A program made the position numbers and the translations under genes. Shown here in pieces: positions 18,206 to 26,408 of a DNA stretch of 64,000 bases (its first letter is position 1; the number at the start of each line of letters is the position of its first letter). The DNA lies in contig JAFQOO010000010.1 of the NCBI GenBank assembly GCA_017403145.1, positions 96,151 through 160,150 of the forward strand, written 5' to 3'. Source of the DNA: Clostridia bacterium. Its GTDB lineage: Bacteria > Bacillota > Clostridia > Christensenellales > DTU072. The notes under the pieces are model-generated. The model had not been told where the DNA came from. It was given only the letters and a program-made list of their open reading frames with translations, and did not search any database.

Positions 18206-18225
18206 AGTTAATGTTTTTATGATAA

Positions 18226-19341
18226 TTATTTAGCAAATTTTTCGTCGTATACTCCGGCACAAACCATTAAGCAATCATAGAAGATTTCGGTTTCTACTTC
18301 GCTGTAATTACCGCTGTTTACTTCTTTATCAAGGAACTCTGCAAACTCGGTTAAGGTTAATTCGTCAAGGTTGTCGTCAAGAGCAACTTTTTCGGTTAGT
18401 TTTACTAACTCGAGTAGGTAAAGACCTCTTTCTTCTTCCTCGGTAAGGGGAGCTTCTGCTATATCGGCAACAACTTCGGGCTCAACTACAACGGGAGCGA
18501 TAACGGGGGTTTCTTCTTCGATAACCAAGCTATCGTCTACTCTGGGAGTGGTAACGATTTCTAGGATTTCGCTGTCGCCAAGTTTGGAAGCTAGGATATC
18601 TTCGATAGCAGCGTTGATTTCTTCGATATTTTCGCTGATGAATTCGTCTTGGGTTTCACGGAAGATAATTACGTTGGTATCAAGTGCATCTTGGAACTTG
18701 CGGAAAGATTGTTGAACTTTCTTATACTCGTTCTTACCGGCAAGATTTAGGAATGCGCCAAAGATAACGTATACAATCCACGGAACTACTAAAGTGCCTA
18801 GTACGGGAAGAACCAAAAGAACTATTCCCTTTATGCCTTCTACACTAGCAACGTCGATGCCCTTGACTACGTCGTAGCAACTGATTGCGGAAAGAAGAAT
18901 GCAAGCAAGAATTACGATTGAGCCTACTACTTTGTAGAAACCCTTACCAGCTTTGTAGTTGGGGTTGCCTTTACGAGCGCCCAAGCAATCGTTTTCGGTA
19001 ATATAGTCAGAGGGGTAACCGTTTTGTTGGTCTAGGAAAACTCCCCAACCGCGTTTAACGGATACAGGCATTTGGTTTGCTTGGATATAAGCATTGAGGC
19101 CTTCAACGTTTTCTGCATCAACGGTGCCGGTTGCGTTCAAGTAAGCAACGGTATCGTCCAAATGCTTTCTCAACTTATTAGCTTTACTGCCAGACTTGAT
19201 AGCAAGTGCAATAAAGAAAGTGATGATAACCAAAATGGCGCCAAGAGCCAAAATGTAAACTGCAGGAGAAAGGGTGCCACCTAGTTCTAGGAAGTCTACT
19301 TTCGCCATAATTGCTTGGATGCTTTCGATAATTTTATTCAT
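18226..19341 (-). CDS. Hypothetical membrane protein with acidic C-terminal domain
   Basis: 371-aa ORF with SD TAGGAG. About 3 predicted TM helices (AVYILALGAILVIITFFIALAI; VVGSIVILACILLSAI; IVLLVLPVLGTLVVPWIVYVIFGAFL). I recognise no family motif. Confidence 0.65.
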   Translation of the reverse strand: MNKIIESIQAIMAKVDFLELGGTLSPAVYILALGAILVIITFFIALAIKSGSKANKLRKHLDDTVAYLNATGTVDAENVEGLNAYIQANQMPVSVKRGWGVFLDQQNGYPSDYITENDCLGARKGNPNYKAGKGFYKVVGSIVILACILLSAISCYDVVKGIDVASVEGIKGIVLLVLPVLGTLVVPWIVYVIFGAFLNLAGKNEYKKVQQSFRKFQDALDTNVIIFRETQDEFISENIEEINAAIEDILASKLGDSEILEIVTTPRVDDSLVIEEETPVIAPVVVEPEVVADIAEAPLTEEEERGLYLLELVKLTEKVALDDNLDELTLTEFAEFLDKEVNSGNYSEVETEIFYDCLMVCAGVYDEKFAK

Positions 19342-19373
19342 ATCCCGCTCCTAAATGAATAGTATGTAAATTT

Positions 19374-19402
19374 ATTATAAATGCAATCGTCAAATTTTGC
19401 AA
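19374..19402 (-). promoter_or_regulatory. Sigma-A promoter TTGCAA-17-TATAAT for the 371-aa membrane protein gene
   Basis: On the minus strand, TTGCAA is at 19402-19397 and TATAAT at 19379-19374. Confidence 0.5.
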
Positions 19403-19455
19403 CCCCTTTTTTTATAAAATTTTATATTATATATAAATATATGCGTTTTTTAGGG

Positions 19456-22400
19456 TTAAAATTCGACCACCTCGCCCCTGTTGAGGACAAAAATTGCCTT
19501 TTTGTGGATTTTTCTTCCCGTCATTTCTTCATAAGCCTTGGCGTAAAGTTCTATTTGGGTGCGATAACGCGCCCTCAAAGTACTCTCGGAGGCATCCGAA
19601 ACCTTGTAATCGATAAGAACGTTCTCCTCGCCTTCTATCACCAAGTCCATTACGCCTTGAATTAGTACTCTATCTTCGTCTAGAATTTCTTTTTGGGCGT
19701 CGCTAAGCTCCTCATCGTAACTAAGCACTATACTTGCAGGTGCGTAGTAGATAAATTCTTGCTCGCGCAAGCACTTGCCTTTGCGCGCAAGGTCGAATAG
19801 CGCGTGGTTAATACCCTTGCACACGTTAAGTGCGTCGACTTGCCCCTTCTCGATAGTTCCACTCTTTTCCAAGCTAGAAACAAAGTCCTTTATTTCGCTT
19901 TCTAAACGCAAATTGAAGTCTATTAACTCCATAACCTTGTGGTATGCAACACCTTTTTGGATACTTTGGGCACCTAAAGAAGGTATTCTCGTATCCTTTT
20001 CATCATTTTTGGTATGCGAATTTATGCCTGTAACCGTATATTTGTTGGAAATTGCGGTACTTAGACTATGCCTATAACTACCAAACTCTAGTTTAGGAGC
20101 GTTGCTGGTTTCGTTCCACGTTGATAGGCGTGTTTCGTTCGGTTTAGATAGGTTAGAGTAGGGATACTCTCCCGGTTTTGTTTGAATAAGCGGTATATTG
20201 GGGTTACGTCGTTTAGCGTATGCTACCCAGCCCATAAACGACTTTTGGTCGGCGGGGCTTTCCAGCAAGTCGGTATCGGGAGATAAATCCACGTTCATAT
20301 TACCAACGAGATACAAACGATATTTCGCACGAGTAAAGGCAACGTACATCAACCTTAGTTCTTCTAGACTCTGCTTAAAGAATATGTTTTTTTCGATAGC
20401 AACTCTGCGCGGACCTTTTTTCGACGAACTATTGTCGCTATCAAAGGCTTTTACCCCTATCCCATAGGTGGAATCCAATACGACTTCCTTTTTACCACTT
20501 TCTTTACTTATAGGGGTATCCATTCTTGCCACAAATACAACGGGGAACTCTAGTCCCTTACTGCGGTGAATAGTCATTATGGTTACAGCATCGCCCGAAG
20601 CGGAAGGAGTGGGAAGCTCCATTTCTACTCCGCTTTCTAAAAACTCCACGTAAGCTTGTAGCGATTTTGCAAACCTCTTTGTGCGCAAGGTTTGTATAAA
20701 CGAGTTATAGGTAGCAATTCTTGCGGTCTTACCCTCTGCCATAAGCGCCGATATATATCCCGTTTCCGTCGTGATTTGTCCTATTAGCGTAGGCACGTCA
20801 ACCAACGCGGACAACTGCTTATAACCATTGACTCTATCGAAGAAAGCCTTTACTTTTTTTGCTAAGGCATCGTCGTAGTCGCTTATATATTTATCCAGCG
20901 CGTTATGGAAAAATTCGCTTTCGTAATCATTCTTTCTGATTTCCGCAAGCTCTTCTTCGTTAAATCCGCCCATATAGGAAAGCATTGCACACACAAGATG
21001 TTTATCTTGCTTATAGTTATCGATGGTGCATAGATAACTATTGATAGCATCTATATCACGACTGCCGGACTTACCCTCCATACCCTCGGCAACGTAAGGA
21101 ATACCCCTACTATCGAACAGTTTCGTCAAGGTGCCCACGTGCTTTTTGGAGCGATACAATATACAAATATCGCTATATTTTATGGGACGCACTCCGCCCT
21201 CTTTGTCGGCGACCAAATCGCTACCTACCATTGCGCTTATCTTATCGGCTATATATCTATCGCCATAATATTCTTTCTTTATATCCTTTCTACCGTTTTT
21301 GACGGAATAAACGTGGGTATCTACGTTTCTACCTTCATCTTTTTCGGGAGTAAAGATAATACCTTCTACCACAGGGTAAGGACCATTTGTGCCTTGGGGC
21401 AATCCCGCTTTACCAAATCTCATTTTATTCGCGTAATCAACGCCACCGAAAGAGGGTGTCATAATTTCGCTAAATACGTCGTCGACAAAAGTGAGAATTT
21501 TTTGCGAAGAACGGAAGTTCTTGGAAAGTATGCGGTTATCCCCGTCCTTACCATTATCATAATCATCTTGCAAGCCTTGGAAAATATCGGAATCCGCCTC
21601 ACGGAATCCATAAATTGCTTGTTTGAGGTCGCCCACTAAATAACGATTATGGTTGGCAATTTTAGTAAATATAGCCTCTTGTAGTCGGTTGGTATCTTGG
21701 AACTCGTCGCAGAAGATGTGTTTTATGCTTTTACTAAACTCACCGCATATTTTTTCATTTTCAAATATGCGTAGCACCTTTCTTTCGACGTCTTCAAAGT
21801 CGTTTTTGTTTTCCTCAAGCTTGTACTCGATATGCCTTTGACGAATATCCTTTACAATTTGGATAAGCTTTAGAACCAAGTCTTGTCCAATCTTATCTTC
21901 TTGCTCGCATTCTGCTAAACTCTTGCTAAAGAGTTCTTTGCCTTCCTCGATTAACTTCTTTACGCTAGTGTTTAGAGCGCCCAGCTTCTTATGGAACTTG
22001 GTATATTCAACGTCGTTAAGATTGGCGTTGGGCATATTTTCTTTCATTTTTAACCCGTTTACCATTTCGCAAAATAGCGAGGGGTCTACCTTGAGCTTAG
22101 TAATCACGTCGTTCAGCTCGTCAAGTTTCTTCCTGCCTTTCGTAGCATACTTGGATTCCAACCCTTCAAGATTTTTGAATTCGGTTTCTAAATTTAGAAG
22201 CTTTTCTTTGCTTGCTTGGGCAGTGTTACCATACAACAAAGACTCCATTTTACCAAGTTTACTTTGTATTCCCTTTATCGCATCGATAATCGCTTTGCTC
22301 TTCATAAGAGGAGTTCTTGCTTCCTCTAGAGCAAATTCCAGATACTTGTCGGGATACTCTTGCGCTGATAGGAAATTCAAAAGTACTTCGATGGTTTCGC

Positions 22401-25400
22401 GCAATTTATCAAAGCTCTTTGCATTGCTGAATAAATCGGCAATTTCATTGAAATCGGCATCACCTTCAAGTATCCTTTCGTTAAAAATAGCATCTATCGC
22501 CTTTGCTCGTAAGCTGTTACTTTCTTCTTTATCCATCATTTCGAGCACGGGAGAGCCACCCAGCACTTCAAAGTAACGCTTATATATTTGACCGCAAACC
22601 GAGTCTATCGTTCCAATATAGGCAAAGGGCATCTGGCTTAGTTGCTTACGATAATGCTCTGCGTTTTCATCTCCCCTTCTAATTAGCGACGCAAGTTTTT
22701 CGGTAATCTTTTCGCGCATATCGTTTGCGCTGGCCTTTGTGAAGGTAAGTATTATGAGGCTCGTGATTTCACCCTTCTTTTCGCCCTTCTTTTCACCCTG
22801 CTTTTCATCCTGCTTTTCATCTTGCTTTAGATATTCTAATATCCTTTCTACCATAACGGTAGTTTTACCACTACCTGCGCTTGCCGAAACGAGCATATTT
22901 TTATTGGTAATATCAAGCGCTCTTAGTTGCTCTTCCGTAAAGCTCTTTTTCTTTGAGGAGGTTGCTACCAACACTTCTTCCGGCACCTCGTCCTTTATTG
23001 ATTTGGTACCGCTTACACACGGTGCGCTGGGTGTTACGGGTGTAGATAAATTATCCAAATCCACCTTTAACGGGCTGTTGGAAGCTTTCATTTCCCTAAC
23101 ATCTTCTTCTTGTGCTCCGCCACAAATTTCCTTATGGTAACAGCGCTCGCATTTATCACCAAGCGGGCTTCTATCAATGTATCCGCTACCCATCTCCTCG
23201 ATTGCCATAGGTATAAGTTTTTCAAGGTAACTCAAAATGATTTCCATACCCTCTTCGTCAACCTTGTTTTTCTTGCTACCCGTATCTACCACACCATTCT
23301 TTATGGTAAAGTTGATGGGTATTATGTCGGAAGAGGTGCTCTTTGCCGAGCTAATCGCTTGGGTATGCGCCTCGGTGTCGAGTGCCTTAATCATATCGTT
23401 ATTGAAAACGAATTGCCCTTGGAAACGATAGCTTCTGCCATTTTTAGTATATCCACTCTTGATAGGCAAATAGAAAGAACCGCCCGGCTTTAGCTTTAAG
23501 CCCTCTTTCAAAGCGATTAAGTAGAGATATAACTGCACTTTCGAGCCATAATAAACGTAATTCAAATCGGCATCGACCGAGCCCGTTTTATAGTCGATAG
23601 CGATAGCGACTTTTTCACTACCGAGTGTAGCGACGTCTACTCTATCGATTTTACCGTGGAAGGATATCTTGCCATACTTTGTGTCGAAGACCACCGAATT
23701 GGTTTGACCGGGCCTGCTACCAAACGATAACTCGAAATAGGTGGGTTCAAACTCTCCTTTTAGCACGTTGTCGGTTAGGTCGAGAGCAGTTCTCTTGCTT
23801 TCTCTTTTTAACCTATCTAACAAGAACTTTACGCTGGGATTGCTAATTAAATATGCTAGTTCGGGGTTACTAAAAACTTCCTCTACCGCTTTATCGGCAT
23901 AGGTTTCTAACTCGTCGCGAGTAAGAGAACGAAGTTGCCCCTTGGTCTTCTTGAAATATAATTCCATAACCGAGTGAACGATGGTTCCCACGTCGGTCAA
24001 ACGTAGCACTCCCTCTTTCCTCTCGTTAACCCTTAGTCCATATTGCAGATAGTGGCTATAAGGGCAACTAAAATATCTTTCGATTTGGCTTATGCTGGTA
24101 TGATTGTCGGCACGGAAAGTATAGGTTAAATCAGGAGCGGGAGTAGGCGCTTGTTTTTTTAACATAACCTCGCGCTCTTTTGGAGAAATGGTTGCAAAAA
24201 CCCTTTCGCGCACCTCGTCGAACCTACCCTTGTCTTCCTTCAATCCGGGGTAAGTAAGCAAGGTATAAAAGGCGTTATCGGGGTGTCCTACCGCGTCTTC
24301 CGCTTGCAGTATAGCTTCTTCTAGTGTTTTAGCATATTTAAGCGAAAACCTAGCGTTAAGGCTTATGGGTTCTTTCTTCTTTTCATTGGAAAATATCTCT
24401 AAAATATCCTTTATGGCTTGTGAAGGTTTATTTTGGGTTCCGTCAAAAGCGGTTTCCGGATAACCTATATATAGTTTTTCCGTCTTAGTAATCAAATCTA
24501 TAAACGCAAACCTCTCTTCACGTAGCCTATCCACGGGAGTGGGATACAAACGTAACCCCGCCTCCTCTAGTCTTCCCATATCAAGTGAGGAAATTATTGC
24601 TTGATAACTTTGCTCGCTAGGCAAATTGAAATAGGTTGCGTTCAAAACGAAAACAACTTTAGGATTTATTATGCAACTTTCCCTTAACGTACTAACGTAA
24701 ACCGCGTCTAGGTAGTGAGGAATAAGGGCAATTTCCTCTGCCTCGCAACTAGATGCCAACGTCTTTATAAAGCCTGTCGTGGTTTCTTCTTCGTTGGGAA
24801 TAAGCTTTTCGTATTCGTCCAAAATAGCCCCCAATCTTTCCATAGCTTGCTTATTGCGAGCCACCAAATTCTCCTCGCAACCCTCAAGAGCAACGTTAAA
24901 CCTTTCCTCGAACTCTTTTTCGCTTATAATAGCTCTAACGTTTTTTACGTAATCGCTAACTTTTTTGCAGTTCGCAAAACGATTGGTTTGCTTAACGAGT
25001 CTTATTCTTAACTGTTCGTACTCTTCATCGGATATCGATATATAAAAATCATCGTGGTTTAGATTGTTTGCAAGAATATAGTTTTCAAATCCGCTAACAA
25101 TATCGCCATCTATGGAAAATAGGGGGCTCTTGATAAAAGCCCTAACCTTATCGAGGCGGTTATTAAATCTAACAACGTCGAATAGCGTAGCTAGATACTT
25201 GTAAATCAAGGTATCGGTCAAGCTATATCTTTCGTCCATAAAGACGGGTACGTTATATCTCTTTAAAATCTCTTTGAAATCTATCGGGGCCCTTTCTTCG
25301 CAATCGATAATCGCAATATCTTTATATCGCAATCCCTTTTCGCGCCTTATCAGCCTAACGATTTCTCTCGCTACGGCGTTATATTGCTCGTACGAGTTTA

Positions 25401-26292
25401 GCTCCTTGAATACCGTAACCGCATCGTTTGTGTTCAACGTACGTGCATCGATTAAATTGAATAGATTGTCGTGCAATACGTTAAACGGAGGCTTTATTTG
25501 ATTATAACCCTCGCTATCTTCTTCTATTTTTATAGTTTCGTCTTTTTCAAGATAGGCTTTTAGCCTTTCCACAACGTCATCGGGGTAAAGAGACTTGTTT
25601 CCTGCTCCATTGGAATGTGCTAAACCTATAGTAACCCCTTTAGAGTATTTTGCAAGGGTGGCTATTATTTCTATTTGCTTTTTGGAAAGAGAATCGAAAC
25701 CATATATATAAAAATAACTATCGCTTACTTTAGTGGCATCGGTGCTTGCGCATTTTTCCTTGAAGCGGTCAAGTCTAGAAGTGGAGTCGGAATATCCTTG
25801 AGCTTTGAGCTCCTCCATATATTCTTTATAGAGTAACTTTATATCTTCTGCTTTTTCACAAGTAGTACCACTTAGCTTAAGTATTGCTTCCTCAAGCTCA
25901 GCTTCGGTTATAGCATTATTACGCACCGAGGCAATTACAGCATACATTTCTCCCGCAAAGCCATCGGTTTTAGAAGCTTGTTTGTAGTGGCAAAGCTTTT
26001 CTTGTACCTTGTTTATAACCTTTTTGAAGAACAAAACCGCACCTTGTTTGCTCAAGGTGTGCCCTATGTCGTCGCCAAGTACCTTGCGCGCCAAACGTGT
26101 AAAGGATACTGCCTCTATGTTCATAGAACCATTAAGATTTAACCTATCGAAAATAACCTTTTCCGCAGTTAAAGAATGAGCATCGGGTATAATAACGACG
26201 TGATGCCCCTCGTTTAAGCCATTTTTCTTGATACTATCTATAACCTCATAGGTACAACTATTCAAGGTGTTTCTAAGTATAATTTTTATCAT
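19456..26292 (-). CDS. addBA: Single-polypeptide AddB-AddA fusion (ATP-dependent helicase/nuclease, RecBCD analogue)
   Basis: aa 1-~1058 are AddB-like: nuclease GKIDRVDV...AIDYKTG, plus Fe-S cysteines FSCPYSHY and DKCERCYHKEICGG. aa ~1121-2278 are AddA/UvrD-like: FTEEQLRAL, SASAGSGKTT, TFTKASANDM, FCDEFQDTN, TIHRSKGLEFPVV and the RecB nuclease IQGVMDLVIEGEENVLIDYKVS. There is no stop between the halves. SD AAAGGAG. Confidence 0.85.
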   Translation of the reverse strand: MIKIILRNTLNSCTYEVIDSIKKNGLNEGHHVVIIPDAHSLTAEKVIFDRLNLNGSMNIEAVSFTRLARKVLGDDIGHTLSKQGAVLFFKKVINKVQEKLCHYKQASKTDGFAGEMYAVIASVRNNAITEAELEEAILKLSGTTCEKAEDIKLLYKEYMEELKAQGYSDSTSRLDRFKEKCASTDATKVSDSYFYIYGFDSLSKKQIEIIATLAKYSKGVTIGLAHSNGAGNKSLYPDDVVERLKAYLEKDETIKIEEDSEGYNQIKPPFNVLHDNLFNLIDARTLNTNDAVTVFKELNSYEQYNAVAREIVRLIRREKGLRYKDIAIIDCEERAPIDFKEILKRYNVPVFMDERYSLTDTLIYKYLATLFDVVRFNNRLDKVRAFIKSPLFSIDGDIVSGFENYILANNLNHDDFYISISDEEYEQLRIRLVKQTNRFANCKKVSDYVKNVRAIISEKEFEERFNVALEGCEENLVARNKQAMERLGAILDEYEKLIPNEEETTTGFIKTLASSCEAEEIALIPHYLDAVYVSTLRESCIINPKVVFVLNATYFNLPSEQSYQAIISSLDMGRLEEAGLRLYPTPVDRLREERFAFIDLITKTEKLYIGYPETAFDGTQNKPSQAIKDILEIFSNEKKKEPISLNARFSLKYAKTLEEAILQAEDAVGHPDNAFYTLLTYPGLKEDKGRFDEVRERVFATISPKEREVMLKKQAPTPAPDLTYTFRADNHTSISQIERYFSCPYSHYLQYGLRVNERKEGVLRLTDVGTIVHSVMELYFKKTKGQLRSLTRDELETYADKAVEEVFSNPELAYLISNPSVKFLLDRLKRESKRTALDLTDNVLKGEFEPTYFELSFGSRPGQTNSVVFDTKYGKISFHGKIDRVDVATLGSEKVAIAIDYKTGSVDADLNYVYYGSKVQLYLYLIALKEGLKLKPGGSFYLPIKSGYTKNGRSYRFQGQFVFNNDMIKALDTEAHTQAISSAKSTSSDIIPINFTIKNGVVDTGSKKNKVDEEGMEIILSYLEKLIPMAIEEMGSGYIDRSPLGDKCERCYHKEICGGAQEEDVREMKASNSPLKVDLDNLSTPVTPSAPCVSGTKSIKDEVPEEVLVATSSKKKSFTEEQLRALDITNKNMLVSASAGSGKTTVMVERILEYLKQDEKQDEKQGEKKGEKKGEITSLIILTFTKASANDMREKITEKLASLIRRGDENAEHYRKQLSQMPFAYIGTIDSVCGQIYKRYFEVLGGSPVLEMMDKEESNSLRAKAIDAIFNERILEGDADFNEIADLFSNAKSFDKLRETIEVLLNFLSAQEYPDKYLEFALEEARTPLMKSKAIIDAIKGIQSKLGKMESLLYGNTAQASKEKLLNLETEFKNLEGLESKYATKGRKKLDELNDVITKLKVDPSLFCEMVNGLKMKENMPNANLNDVEYTKFHKKLGALNTSVKKLIEEGKELFSKSLAECEQEDKIGQDLVLKLIQIVKDIRQRHIEYKLEENKNDFEDVERKVLRIFENEKICGEFSKSIKHIFCDEFQDTNRLQEAIFTKIANHNRYLVGDLKQAIYGFREADSDIFQGLQDDYDNGKDGDNRILSKNFRSSQKILTFVDDVFSEIMTPSFGGVDYANKMRFGKAGLPQGTNGPYPVVEGIIFTPEKDEGRNVDTHVYSVKNGRKDIKKEYYGDRYIADKISAMVGSDLVADKEGGVRPIKYSDICILYRSKKHVGTLTKLFDSRGIPYVAEGMEGKSGSRDIDAINSYLCTIDNYKQDKHLVCAMLSYMGGFNEEELAEIRKNDYESEFFHNALDKYISDYDDALAKKVKAFFDRVNGYKQLSALVDVPTLIGQITTETGYISALMAEGKTARIATYNSFIQTLRTKRFAKSLQAYVEFLESGVEMELPTPSASGDAVTIMTIHRSKGLEFPVVFVARMDTPISKESGKKEVVLDSTYGIGVKAFDSDNSSSKKGPRRVAIEKNIFFKQSLEELRLMYVAFTRAKYRLYLVGNMNVDLSPDTDLLESPADQKSFMGWVAYAKRRNPNIPLIQTKPGEYPYSNLSKPNETRLSTWNETSNAPKLEFGSYRHSLSTAISNKYTVTGINSHTKNDEKDTRIPSLGAQSIQKGVAYHKVMELIDFNLRLESEIKDFVSSLEKSGTIEKGQVDALNVCKGINHALFDLARKGKCLREQEFIYYAPASIVLSYDEELSDAQKEILDEDRVLIQGVMDLVIEGEENVLIDYKVSDASESTLRARYRTQIELYAKAYEEMTGRKIHKKAIFVLNRGEVVEF
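22765..22824 (-). repeat. In-frame 12-nt x 5 imperfect tandem repeat (QDEK QDEK QGEK KGEK KGEI) inside the AddA helicase core
   Basis: On the minus strand: caagatgaaaag caggatgaaaag cagggtgaaaag aagggcgaaaag aagggtgaaatc. It lies between Walker A and motif Ia. Confidence 0.8.
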
Positions 26293-26408
26293 AGGTTCTC
26301 CTTTACGTGCGCGCGCACATACACATTATACATTAACATATAAGTATCTTTTTTTCAAGACGTAATTTTATTATACTCCCCTAACTGTCCCTTTTTGGTA
26401 ACGTCCTA

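Noticed and set aside
18002-18225. Calling the corA leader an M-box (ykoK) Mg2+ riboswitch.
   Set aside because: I could not find the long conserved M-box core segments by eye, and the region is short for it. I report it only as a generic attenuator, and an Rfam scan is needed.
22930-23110. AddB/AddA junction as a pseudogene or frameshift artefact.
   Set aside because: The frame is continuous through the linker, with both halves intact and all catalytic motifs present. I therefore report it as a fusion but flag it for read-level verification.
26293-26408. LexA/Cheo box (GAAC-N4-GTTC) or a spoIIE terminator in the addBA upstream region.
   Set aside because: No such box and no convincing hairpin with a U-tract is present. 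Only the GC palindrome, reported separately at low interest, stands out.
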